DNA of 64,000 nucleotides from a virus. A model generated the notes under the pieces. The model did no database searches. It saw only the letters and a program-made list of their open reading frames with translations, and had not been told where the DNA came from. How positions within the stretch are numbered: position 1 is the stretch's first letter; the number at the start of each line of letters is the position of its first letter. The stretch covers positions 1-64,000 of IMG/VR virus record IMGVR_UViG_3300047321_000170. One strand, given 5' to 3'. Made by a program: the position numbers and the translations under genes. Positions 46,617-55,465 of this stretch are shown piece after piece.

Positions 46617-47393
46617 CTACAGCAGGAAATCCTTCAGAACTTCGTTGAGCACGCGGTCATTGCGCTCTCCGACTACCAGGTTCTTCAGGAGGTCTTCATG
46701 GGGCATCTCATAGAAGCCTGTGATCTCCCACATGGCCTTGAGGACTGCCTCGTTCTCTTTGACCCAAGTGAGAGGCTTCTTACCGAGATTGAAGGAGCCA
46801 GCTTCGCTGTCCCAGGACGGGACATAACCCTCGGTGAAGTATTGGAGCCAGCGCTCGCGGTCGCAGTGTTCCCACGCCTTCTCGCCGAATCCTGGGATGC
46901 CTGTGATCTTGTCCGACTTGTCGCCGACGAGCGTCTTCATGAGGCGCACTTCAGACCACGCGGTGTTGTCGTAGTGGATGTTGTCGCGACCCATGATGTG
47001 CGTGTGTACGCCATCACAGGACGCGAGAAAGTCGCCGTCTGTCGAGTGGATGTTGATGCGGTCTACGAGCGGCCGGTAATGCTTGGCCAGCTGCGTGATC
47101 ACGTCATCTGCTTCCCAGCCAGCGATCTCCAGCGACATGCAGCGCGTAAAGCGCAGCACCTGCTTGAAGAGGTCCATCGTCTTGTAGAACACATCGGGTG
47201 GCGGCACTCGGCCTACCTTATAGCCAGGGTAAATCTTGCGACGGCGCTCTTTCGAGCCGTGGCCGTCCCAGACCCAGATGATTGTGTCGAACATGGGGAG
47301 CATGTTCATTTCATAGAGAACGTCACGGATCGTGCCGTTCGTCTCGAACTTGACGCGGAACTGGTTGTTCCCGTCGATCAGGTGAAGTGCCAT
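46617..47393 (-). CDS. 5'-3' exonuclease/flap endonuclease
   Basis: LIDGNN, R...YPGYK.GR, EADD, STDGD and LVGDKSD.I.GIPG.G motifs. Confidence 0.92.
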   Translation of the reverse strand: MALHLIDGNNQFRVKFETNGTIRDVLYEMNMLPMFDTIIWVWDGHGSKERRRKIYPGYKVGRVPPPDVFYKTMDLFKQVLRFTRCMSLEIAGWEADDVITQLAKHYRPLVDRINIHSTDGDFLASCDGVHTHIMGRDNIHYDNTAWSEVRLMKTLVGDKSDKITGIPGFGEKAWEHCDRERWLQYFTEGYVPSWDSEAGSFNLGKKPLTWVKENEAVLKAMWEITGFYEMPHEDLLKNLVVGERNDRVLNEVLKDFLL

Positions 47394-47414
47394 GTGGTCC
47401 TCGCGTGGACGTAG

Positions 47415-47447
47415 AAAAAGCCGCGGGCTCTTTCGAGTCCGCGGCTT
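47415..47447 (-). terminator. Intrinsic terminator
   Basis: mRNA AAGCCGCGGACUC-GAAA-GAGCCCGCGGCUUUUU. Confidence 0.85.
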
Positions 47448-47464
47448 CCGATGACGCTAGGCAG

Positions 47465-48205
47465 TTACGCCGTCGCGCCTTCTTCCTGCTCCACTTCGAC
47501 GTATTCGCCGAGCGACGCCCAGCACATCACGCCCCAGGCGTTGCCCGCCTTGTTCGTCATGCGCTTCGACGTGACCTTCACATGCACTTGCGCGCCGATC
47601 AGACCTTCCTGCATTACGCGCTGGTAGAAGTCCTGCCATTCGCGCCAGTTGGTCGTCGAGGTCGCGTAGCCCACGCGTTGACCGGCCTTCGCCAGCACCG
47701 TGCCGTCCGGTGCGAGGACATCCTTGATCAGAACCATCGGCACGTCAACGGAGCGGTACGGCTTCGCCTTGTTGTCGATGTTCGCAGCCTTGGTGACTGC
47801 TTCGTTCCACGAGATGCCCTTGTCCGACTGCACGCCGTCATACGTCGACCAGTACTGCGCCGGGTTACCGGCCTTGATCGACATCTTCGGCGCGAAGCCG
47901 ATGCCTTCGGTCATGTCGATGTAGGCTTCGAATTCGGTGATCAGCTTGTCGCCGGCAGTGCCGATCAACATACCGAATTCTTTCACCTTCGCCCAGACAT
48001 CGACGTTCATCGCGCCGGTCATGAGCTGGTCCATCGACAACTTCTGGCCGGGGGCCGCAACTGCGCCCACTGCGGTCGTACCTACGACTGCGGGAACACC
48101 AGCGCCGCCTGCTGCTGCGGCTGCTGCTGCGGAGGGTGCGGCTGCTGCTGCGATCGCGCCAGCGTTAGCTTGAGCGCGTTCGATTGCTGCTTGGATCGGG
48201 TCCAT
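47465..48205 (-). CDS. Putative single-stranded DNA-binding/annealing protein
   Basis: Replication context, strongly biased codons, aromatic beta core, acidic tail, own terminator; function inferred. Confidence 0.5.
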   Translation of the reverse strand: MDPIQAAIERAQANAGAIAAAAAPSAAAAAAAGGAGVPAVVGTTAVGAVAAPGQKLSMDQLMTGAMNVDVWAKVKEFGMLIGTAGDKLITEFEAYIDMTEGIGFAPKMSIKAGNPAQYWSTYDGVQSDKGISWNEAVTKAANIDNKAKPYRSVDVPMVLIKDVLAPDGTVLAKAGQRVGYATSTTNWREWQDFYQRVMQEGLIGAQVHVKVTSKRMTNKAGNAWGVMCWASLGEYVEVEQEEGATA

Positions 48206-48381
48206 GTAAAAGCTCCAGTTTCATTAGCCAGGTTTCTGTGTCTTACTGCCCTCGCTGCTAAGGTGGTGGATCTCAGCGGCGAGTTCGAAGATCTTAACTT
48301 CGACCTTCTAACTATTCAATCGCATGTATATGCTACTTGCGACTGATAGATCCGCTTACGTGCTACTGCGCACATTCATTT

Positions 48382-49824
48382 TCATGAGAAGTCAGCCATA
48401 GAGATTTTGCGAGCGTGTGCCTTGCTCTTATCGAACATCTCTTTCTGGTCCTGACGCCGTTGTTCTGACAGCCTGAAGATCTCCTTCGTCGGATCGACCT
48501 TGTTTGCCTCAGTAGACTTCTGCTCGATGATCTGCATGATCCGCTGGTCAATCGAGTCGCGGTATTCGAGCACGTAGATCAGCAACGCTGTCTCACGCTT
48601 TCCACGAATACCTCGGCGATATGCCTGTACGAATGAGTCATCCATGTAGTTGAGCGAGCAGAAGACCATCACCTTCAGATGGTTCCAGTTAAAGCCAACG
48701 CCTGCCGTGTCAGCTGATGCAACCACGCAGTCGAGATGCCCAGCGCGGAACGCCTGGTCGATACCAGCTCGGCGTGCAGACGACACCGTGCCGTTGATCA
48801 GTCCGACGCGCAGACCCATCGACTTGGCGATTTCAACGATGCGCTCCTGCTCGGGGATAAGACACGCGAAGATCGCGATCGGCTCGCCCGACTGCTTGGC
48901 ATCTGCCAGGTGGATCTTCAAGCGTTCGTCCTTGCCTGTAGATTCGCCCTTGGCAATACCGAAGGTCTCCGGATGCGACATGATCTGACGGCATCGCATG
49001 GCATTGACTGCGGGTGTTGCTCCCTCCAGGAACTCGTCTTCCAGCTCGACCAGCGCTTCGTCTTCCATCTCCTCGTATGCGACGCGCTGCTTCGGCGACA
49101 TGTCGCACAGCTCGGTGACAATCACCTTGGCCTCTGGACCGTGGACTTCAGTGAAGGTATGGCGCACCGCGACGCGGGCCAGCACTGCCGACAACTTCTC
49201 GTGGTTGGTCCAACCGATCGTTTCGCCGTTAGCGCCTTGCAAGCGGTGGTAGCCGAGGAAGCCACCATAGGAGCCATAGAAGCGAGGTTCGATCACTTCG
49301 ATCGTTGGGTATGCACTGCCGAGATTGCCCTTGATGATCGTGCCGGTCATGCCCAGGTAATACTCGATCTGACGCATCGACAAGATCCAGTTCGTCGTGC
49401 GGCCGGCATTGTAGCCAGCGTAGCCAAGGTGCAGTTCGTCAACGACCACGGCGTTCAGCTCGGGCTGATAACTCTTCATCGCCTGCCAGTTATCTGACCA
49501 CTGCTGGAAGCCCATGATGAAGACTTTGGCTTCACGGTTCTGCATCTGCCTTTGGCGGCGCTTGCGATCACCATCGACTACCTGGACATCCTTGCTGTTG
49601 AAGCGCGTGAACTCCAGGATCTCGTCGCGGTTCTTACGCAGTAGCGACATCGGCATGACGAACGCCGTCTTCACGCCGCAGTTGTGCCAGAGGTAGTCCA
49701 TGTAGACGACCGCACTGCCGGTCTTCTGGCACGCCGGGTCAGACAAATTGAGGCAGCGCTTGGTCGCGATGTAGAACGCAAGATCGGCGATCTGGTGCTC
49801 GCGTAGAGCTTTCTTTTCAGTCAT
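48382..49824 (-). CDS. SF2 (SNF2-like) helicase
   Basis: LREHQ, KT, VVDELH, MTGT, GVGFN and QAYRRG.R motifs. Confidence 0.88.
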   Translation of the reverse strand: MTEKKALREHQIADLAFYIATKRCLNLSDPACQKTGSAVVYMDYLWHNCGVKTAFVMPMSLLRKNRDEILEFTRFNSKDVQVVDGDRKRRQRQMQNREAKVFIMGFQQWSDNWQAMKSYQPELNAVVVDELHLGYAGYNAGRTTNWILSMRQIEYYLGMTGTIIKGNLGSAYPTIEVIEPRFYGSYGGFLGYHRLQGANGETIGWTNHEKLSAVLARVAVRHTFTEVHGPEAKVIVTELCDMSPKQRVAYEEMEDEALVELEDEFLEGATPAVNAMRCRQIMSHPETFGIAKGESTGKDERLKIHLADAKQSGEPIAIFACLIPEQERIVEIAKSMGLRVGLINGTVSSARRAGIDQAFRAGHLDCVVASADTAGVGFNWNHLKVMVFCSLNYMDDSFVQAYRRGIRGKRETALLIYVLEYRDSIDQRIMQIIEQKSTEANKVDPTKEIFRLSEQRRQDQKEMFDKSKAHARKISMADFS

Positions 49825-50113
49825 TGGTTCTTCTCTTCTTCAGCTCAGCTTCCATCACTTGAAGACGGCGGCTAATGCGCTGTTTCAGATACCGCTCCAG
49901 TTCGGCGTCGAACTCTTGCTCAGCGAACATCTGGGCGTACTCACCTGTCAGCCCGGTCGGCGGAAGTGGGCGTGGCAGCGCTTCAGTGGGCGTGACCCAT
50001 CCGTTGCGACGCAGGAATTTGATCGCGTTGTCCAGATGCGCGTCGTCCATCTGCACGATAGAGAGTTCGCGCCCATCTCGGGTTCTCCAGACGGTGGGGT
50101 CAGGCCTACTCAT
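49817..50113 (-). CDS. Hypothetical protein
   Basis: WRTRDG..I..MDD.HL.N.I motif common in phage ORFs. Confidence 0.6.
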   Translation of the reverse strand: MSRPDPTVWRTRDGRELSIVQMDDAHLDNAIKFLRRNGWVTPTEALPRPLPPTGLTGEYAQMFAEQEFDAELERYLKQRISRRLQVMEAELKKRRTND

Positions 50114-50333
50114 CGTGGGTCTCCTCCATGTCCATTGCAAAGTTATGCAGCGCTTTCGTCGCCTCTTCAAAGCGACGTTCTGCCTTTCGCAGCTTGCGGT
50201 AGGCCTTCACCCACTCCGGGTGCTCGCGTTCGAGATCCGGCAGGATCTTCTCGAAGTCAACGAAGCTCTCAGGCTGCTTTTTCTCGGTGTAGTAGCAGAG
50301 GCTGAAGAGGTCGCCGGCTTTCAGCTTGCTCAT
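50106..50333 (-). CDS. Hypothetical protein
   Basis: Coupled ORF, GGAGG SD. Confidence 0.55.
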   Translation of the reverse strand: MSKLKAGDLFSLCYYTEKKQPESFVDFEKILPDLEREHPEWVKAYRKLRKAERRFEEATKALHNFAMDMEETHDE

Positions 50334-50593
50334 GCCGATCCTCCCGCGTCTGCATGCCGCGCGTCGTGGTAGCTGCACCACGCGTCGGGCGACACCTTGT
50401 AGTAGAAGCCGTTGCGATCCTGGATCAGCAGCCGATGCTCCATCAGCTTGCCGAGGATCGCTCCAGCGGTGCGGCCATGTGCGTTGGCCATGTCGGCGAG
50501 CGACATGCCCGACTCGAAGCGCGCCTTCAGCTGTGCGCGCTCTTCCGGCGTCCAGGTCGTTCCAGCGTTACTGCGGTTGAAGGTCTCGCTCAT
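50330..50593 (-). CDS. Small HTH/Myb-like DNA-binding protein
   Basis: AG..WTPEE..L...F..G....MA..HGRT.GAI motif. Confidence 0.65.
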   Translation of the reverse strand: MSETFNRSNAGTTWTPEERAQLKARFESGMSLADMANAHGRTAGAILGKLMEHRLLIQDRNGFYYKVSPDAWCSYHDARHADAGGSA

Positions 50594-50868
50594 TTGTTCT
50601 TGCTCCCATCGTTCCAGTCCCACGCTTGCCAGTCGCCGTTTTCTGGCAGCTCAGCCTTGACCTCGCGACCGGCCCACTTCTCGAAGGCTTCCATGCTCAC
50701 CTTCGGGTAGCGACGACCGTTGGTGACACTTGGGCTGTCGTACTGGACCTGCGAACCGAACGAGTCGATCCAGAGAATTTGGCGATCATTCACCAGCGGC
50801 CTCAACATTGAGCCGGCAGCGACCGGGCGCTTCGCGCGCCATACCTGCCCCACCTGGAACTTGCTCAT
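50590..50868 (-). CDS. Hypothetical protein
   Basis: ATGA-coupled ORF. Confidence 0.6.
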   Translation of the reverse strand: MSKFQVGQVWRAKRPVAAGSMLRPLVNDRQILWIDSFGSQVQYDSPSVTNGRRYPKVSMEAFEKWAGREVKAELPENGDWQAWDWNDGSKNK

Positions 50869-51584
50869 GCTGCCCTCCCCCGTGCCTGCGGCAGATCCGA
50901 AAGCGGATCTTCGCGCCGCGCGTGCCGCTTCAGCACCGTCATGCCAAGGGCTTCGAGCGGCAACGAAACGATGTGGCCTTCCTCACCGGCCAGGAGAGCC
51001 GTTTGCAGCCGCACAGCGGGCTTGCTGACGATCAGGTCAGCCGTACCCGTCACGATTACGCGGCGGGCGCTGTAGCGGGCCTGGGAGACGATCTCGTCGA
51101 GGATCTTCTGGTGCTTCGGCGTGGCCTGCGTGAGGACCAGCGGTTGCACGTTCGTGCGGTCCAGCTCGAAGACCAGGTCCGACATCGAGAAGTGCCATAT
51201 GCGGCGCACGATCGGCGTGAGCGGGCTGCTCATGCGCGACAGCGTCAGCAGCGTCAGGTTCAGCTCGTCGTTGGTGTCTTCCACCACGTAGACGCCGGCC
51301 TCGTGGTCCTGCTTAGGGATCGGCAGCATGGCCTGGACCAACGGGTCGCGCGCAAGCGCCTGAAACTGCTTCCAGTGGATGACATCCGGCACTGGGGCGC
51401 CGGTCGGGAACAGGTGGTTGCACATCGCGCGTCTCGACGGGACGACCAGGAACGGCGACGGCGCGCGCAGCGACATGAAGTTCTGCACGGAGCGCGCCTG
51501 GTGCAGATAGGCGATGCCTTCAGGCGTCCAGTGCAGGCCATACATCGCCACTTCGATCTTGTTGTTCTGTACTTCTGTATTCAT
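50865..51584 (-). CDS. Hypothetical protein
   Basis: 239 aa, ATGA-coupled on both sides. Confidence 0.65.
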   Translation of the reverse strand: MNTEVQNNKIEVAMYGLHWTPEGIAYLHQARSVQNFMSLRAPSPFLVVPSRRAMCNHLFPTGAPVPDVIHWKQFQALARDPLVQAMLPIPKQDHEAGVYVVEDTNDELNLTLLTLSRMSSPLTPIVRRIWHFSMSDLVFELDRTNVQPLVLTQATPKHQKILDEIVSQARYSARRVIVTGTADLIVSKPAVRLQTALLAGEEGHIVSLPLEALGMTVLKRHARREDPLSDLPQARGRAA

Positions 51585-51985
51585 AGCTTGACCAGTTCGT
51601 TGAGCGGCTTCTTCGTGTACTGCACGAGATCCATAAGATCCATGAGCGTCACGTCATAGCGCCCGTGTTCGACAGCGAGCACCTTGTGTGCGGTCCAGCC
51701 CAAGCGTTCCGCGCATTCGCGGCGGGTTTGCTTGAGTTCCAGGACGCGGTGGGTGGCCAGTAGTTCGCCGAGCTTTTCATGCACGCGCGAGAGGGACTTG
51801 CGCGGCTGCTTCGGCTGATCGTCGGGGGTCTCTGGCTTCTTCCGGTTTGCAGCGGTCACGCCTTTGGCGCGCACGATCGCCCTGATCGATGGAACCGATA
51901 GGGAGAAGTCGCGCGCGAGCTTCGAGGCGGGAACACCGGACGCGTAGAGATCCGCGATCTGTTGATCGCGTTCCTCTTTGCACAT
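51581..51985 (-). CDS. Two-HTH transcriptional regulator (C-terminal XRE-like)
   Basis: N-terminal HTH plus TRRECAERLGW....VE.GRYD.TL. Confidence 0.7.
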   Translation of the reverse strand: MCKEERDQQIADLYASGVPASKLARDFSLSVPSIRAIVRAKGVTAANRKKPETPDDQPKQPRKSLSRVHEKLGELLATHRVLELKQTRRECAERLGWTAHKVLAVEHGRYDVTLMDLMDLVQYTKKPLNELVKL

Positions 51986-51992
51986 GGGAAGA

Positions 51993-52220
51993 TCAGACCT
52001 TCTGGAAAGGGAAAGTCTGGGGGTTCTTCTTGATCAGCCGGCTGAAGGTGCTGCCGAACGATTCCGCGGTGGTCAGTTGATCGACCGTGCCTTGATCGAC
52101 GTTGCTGTACTGATACTCGTCGCCGTTCTTCACGAAGACGATGTTCAGCTTCTTGTTGTTCGCGTCATAGGCGAACGCCGAGATTTGTGACGAAGTCACA
52201 GGTGTGTAGCCAGGTTTCAT
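51993..52220 (-). CDS. KTSC-domain protein
   Basis: PVTSSQI....YD....L.I.F..G..Y.Y.NV......L..AES.G..F..IK. Confidence 0.85.
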   Translation of the reverse strand: MKPGYTPVTSSQISAFAYDANNKKLNIVFVKNGDEYQYSNVDQGTVDQLTTAESFGSTFSRLIKKNPQTFPFQKV

Positions 52221-52292
52221 GTTTCGATCCAGTAGATGAAAGTTATTACAGTAGGACGCTCGGTGGTGGACGTGCGTCTTACCGTATGCTGT

Positions 52293-52565
52293 TTAGATAA
52301 CTGCCGTGATGTTCTCCTTCTTGACGGGGTGTTCCATGTGGACGGAGACGACCGGATGCGTGCGACCGTAGATCGTGAGACAGATCGGATCGCCAGCATT
52401 CAGCCGTGCAAGTTCTTCAGGAGTCGGCAACCAGAATGAAGAGTAGGCATTCGACTCTTCATCGCGGTGTGCTGGCAGCGTGTGGCACTTGCCGTCTTTC
52501 GCCTCGTCCCAGTTAGTGGGTGCGCCGAGCCGCGCGTTCGTCAGCGTTGTGTCAACGATGTTCAT
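52293..52565 (-). CDS. Hypothetical protein
   Basis: GAP.NWD...C..LP...S.W.PT.EEL..LN.G..I.L pattern. Confidence 0.65.
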   Translation of the reverse strand: MNIVDTTLTNARLGAPTNWDEAKDGKCHTLPAHRDEESNAYSSFWLPTPEELARLNAGDPICLTIYGRTHPVVSVHMEHPVKKENITAVI

Positions 52566-52783
52566 GCGGTCCTCCCGTGCGCGGCCTTCCAGACGATCCA
52601 GTAGCGGTGGACCTCGCTGTTGAGGTAGCCATCGTCTTTCGGATCACGTTCGAGCGACAGGCCTTCGAGGATTTCCAGCTTCTCGAACACGTCGCGGCGC
52701 AGCCAGCCATAGCGGCGCTTCTCGTACTTGCGCCGGATCGGCATGGGGAACGGGCTGGCGGGTTGGGGCTGTGCTGTGGTCAT
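52562..52783 (-). CDS. Hypothetical protein
   Basis: ATGA-coupled ORF. Confidence 0.55.
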   Translation of the reverse strand: MTTAQPQPASPFPMPIRRKYEKRRYGWLRRDVFEKLEILEGLSLERDPKDDGYLNSEVHRYWIVWKAAHGRTA

Positions 52784-53040
52784 GACGGAACCCTCGTGCG
52801 CCGCAGGCGGTCACGCAGACCCTTGAGCTTGTTCTTCTGCTCTTTGGTCAGCATGTTCGTGTTGAGCAGGTTCTTGACTGCCTTGTTCCACTTCTCGCGG
52901 TTGACGGTCTTGGGCTCCGGATCACCCTCTTCGGTGATCGCGATCAGCTCCTTGTAGGTGAGCAGCTTCTCGCCGGTCGTCATCATCGCGGTGAACGCGG
53001 CGGAAGCCGCGTTAGGCGTGGTGGTCGATTTCGATTCCAT
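52780..53040 (-). CDS. Hypothetical protein
   Basis: Coupled ORF. Confidence 0.5.
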   Translation of the reverse strand: MESKSTTTPNAASAAFTAMMTTGEKLLTYKELIAITEEGDPEPKTVNREKWNKAVKNLLNTNMLTKEQKNKLKGLRDRLRRTRVPS

Positions 53041-53338
53041 TGTGGGTGCTCATGAAGATGCCCACGATCGACGGATCGTCGATTGCTTGTCCGAACCAGT
53101 GGCCAGGGTCCAGACGGGCATTGATGATTGTTTTCATCTCCTCCCACATCTTCAAGCCTTCATCGTTCCAGAACATGTGGTGGTTGTCCCGGATCGCCTG
53201 CTTGAGTCCATGCGGAAGGTACTTTTCTTTCAGCTCGACGAACGCGTCGATGTCAACTTTTAGCAACACTCCAAGGCCGACATCGACCACGTCACGCATC
53301 GCGCCGCTCTCGGCCTGATACACGACGAGTGCGGTCAT
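53012..53338 (-). CDS. Hypothetical protein
   Basis: ATG 53338 coupled to the upstream stop. Confidence 0.55.
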   Translation of the reverse strand: MTALVVYQAESGAMRDVVDVGLGVLLKVDIDAFVELKEKYLPHGLKQAIRDNHHMFWNDEGLKMWEEMKTIINARLDPGHWFGQAIDDPSIVGIFMSTHNGIEIDHHA

Positions 53339-53547
53339 TGCGTCACTACCGCGTTCGGCGGGAACTCGCTCAGCTCGAAGAGATTGAACTTCTCGACTAC
53401 TTGCAGAGCCTTGAGCGTGTTCATCGTCTTCATCCACGCGTCGAGCACGCGTGGGTGATCGAAGTAACGCGTCTGGACTTCTCCCGACGCGTACGTGATA
53501 AACATCACGAGCTTGTCACCTGGATAGATGGTCTTTTCCAACGGCAC
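53335..53547 (-). CDS. Hypothetical protein
   Basis: GTG start after AAGGAGG. Confidence 0.55.
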   Translation of the reverse strand: MPLEKTIYPGDKLVMFITYASGEVQTRYFDHPRVLDAWMKTMNTLKALQVVEKFNLFELSEFPPNAVVTQ

Positions 53548-54064
53548 GTAAAACCTCCTTGATCATCTCTGGCGGAAAATCCGCCATGTATGGGTGGTTA
53601 GCGACATCATCGTAACAACGCGGCTGCGTGACGGCGAGCAGAGACTCCATCAGCTCCTTGCATTCCTGCCGTTGCTCGGTGCGCGGATCTCCGGTTGGCG
53701 TTCCGGCCATGAACATCGCTGCATCCTTATCGCGCAATAGCCAGTGATCGGGGTTGCAACACAGGGTGTTGCCGCAACGGTTCACCAGGCGGTACTTCGG
53801 CGTCTTCAGGATATGCGGGGTCGACCACTCGTACACGATCTTGTGCGGAGCCATGCGCTTGTTCTTTCCCAGCTTCACGAGACCGTAGGGCTTCGTGACG
53901 ACAGGCTGATAGAACGGCGTACGGTCGCGGGTTCGCATCATCTGCAAACGCGGGCCGGCCTTCGTCTTGGCTCCTGTCCAGGGCCAGCAGACGTTAGGCG
54001 TTCCGAAGTTGGTGATGCGAGACTTGATGCGATCGACGAGCAGCTGAAGCTGTTCCTCGGTCAC
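53516..54064 (-). CDS. HNH/His-Me finger endonuclease-like protein
   Basis: CWPWTGA, YG, HKIVY and CGNTLCCNPDH motifs. Confidence 0.7.
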   Translation of the reverse strand: MTEEQLQLLVDRIKSRITNFGTPNVCWPWTGAKTKAGPRLQMMRTRDRTPFYQPVVTKPYGLVKLGKNKRMAPHKIVYEWSTPHILKTPKYRLVNRCGNTLCCNPDHWLLRDKDAAMFMAGTPTGDPRTEQRQECKELMESLLAVTQPRCYDDVANHPYMADFPPEMIKEVLRAVGKDHLSR

Positions 54065-54159
54065 AGGCCACCTTTGCGGGGCGCAGAAGAAAGGGGTTTC
54101 ATGTTGACTCCATTGTCAGAATGCTCAAGCGCGGTGGTGGTCGCGCATCCTACAGATAC

Positions 54160-54192
54160 AAAAAAGCCGCGCCTGGCAGGGCGCGGCTTTTT
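54160..54192 (-). terminator. Intrinsic terminator (bidirectional form)
   Basis: AAAAAAGCCGCGCC-TGGCAG-GGCGCGGCTTTTT. Confidence 0.85.
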
Positions 54193-54202
54193 CGGGTACG
54201 GC

Positions 54203-54625
54203 TTAGTGCGCCGACTTAGCCAGCGTCGGGATCAGCTTGAAGTGCTTCGACAGATACGTCAGCACCTGGTCGCCGTGTTCCGCGAGGTTCGACAGCAGCG
54301 CTTCTTCGGTGATCGCGGCCGGCAGCGTGCGACCTTCAGCGACCGTGGTGCCGTCGACAACGACCGGCTCGATCACTTCGGTCTTCGCGCCCTTGAACAA
54401 CAGGCCGATGGCCTGCTTCAGCGTCGCGGTGCGCTCGGCGACGAACGCTTCACGGGCCTTCTGTTGAGCCTGGAAGGCGGCTTCTTGTGCCGGGGTCCAG
54501 TTGGTCGCGGCCTTCGGTGCGCCGCGCAGTGCGCGAGGCGTCTTACCGTCATTGCCACCCTTGCTCTTGGCCGGGGCTGCGTTCGTCTTCGTCGTCTTTG
54601 CGTTCGTGGTGGTGTTCGTGTCCAT
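54203..54625 (-). CDS. Hypothetical protein with basic low-complexity N-terminus
   Basis: 140 aa, AGGA SD, own terminator. Confidence 0.65.
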   Translation of the reverse strand: MDTNTTTNAKTTKTNAAPAKSKGGNDGKTPRALRGAPKAATNWTPAQEAAFQAQQKAREAFVAERTATLKQAIGLLFKGAKTEVIEPVVVDGTTVAEGRTLPAAITEEALLSNLAEHGDQVLTYLSKHFKLIPTLAKSAH

Positions 54626-54723
54626 CTTCTAGTTCCTGGTACAGGTTAAAGAACGTCAGGCCAGTGACGTGGTTTCACCTAGCCCGTGGTGCGGGCCGGG
54701 CAGTTTCGATCCGGTATCGGGTA

Positions 54724-54963
54724 TTACAGAGCGCGGTTGTTCGCCAGCTCGGCGTTGAACACGCGACCGCGAGCAGTATTGCCGCGCAGTTCGTAGGAGA
54801 CCTTAGCATCCTCGAACTGCTTAGTGATATAGCCGTGGATTTCAACGCCATCCCATTCAGCAGGCATCACTTCGATTGCCTTTACGACCTTGTCGGTCAC
54901 CGTCTTCAGGAGGTCTTTAGCGAACTTGCGCTTTTGGGCCAGGCTCAGCGTCTTCTGTTGCAT
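54724..54963 (-). CDS. Hypothetical protein
   Basis: 79 aa, AAGGA SD. Confidence 0.6.
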   Translation of the reverse strand: MQQKTLSLAQKRKFAKDLLKTVTDKVVKAIEVMPAEWDGVEIHGYITKQFEDAKVSYELRGNTARGRVFNAELANNRAL

Positions 54964-55241
54964 TTGGTTACAAATCCTTTATAGGTCGTCGATATTACCT
55001 TACTAGGTCGCTCTGTGGTGGAAGATTTGACCTTTCTTTTTGTGCTTAAGACATCCTCTCACACGTTGACCGCCTGCTCAGGATATGTCTTGCGTGAAGG
55101 CGTATAACCGCCGACCCGTCTGTACGCTGCACGGCGTACATCGAAGGTTCGAATTGTAAGATGAAACCTTCAATCTTGGGGCTGCAACTATACGATAGTT
55201 ACGTTCCTTTCTTCTCGTAAGGTTCGCCACCGCACAGTCTT

Positions 55242-55424
55242 TCAGATCCCTAATTCTTTTGCCACCAGGGCAACTTCCTCGTCGCTCAATGCGGCGAACT
55301 GTTGTATTAGCAGGGTGCTCAAGGCATGCTCATAGCCGACTGTGCAGGCCTGCACCATCGCGGCAGCAACGAGCGCGGTGCGGATCACTTCAGGTTCACG
55401 AAGCATCATGGTCGTATCCTTCAA
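55242..55424 (-). CDS. Hypothetical protein
   Basis: Short ORF; start may be 55409. Confidence 0.4.
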   Translation of the reverse strand: MKDTTMMLREPEVIRTALVAAAMVQACTVGYEHALSTLLIQQFAALSDEEVALVAKELGI

Positions 55425-55465
55425 GAAAGAAGCCGCCTCGCGGCGGCTTTGATAGATGGGCTACC

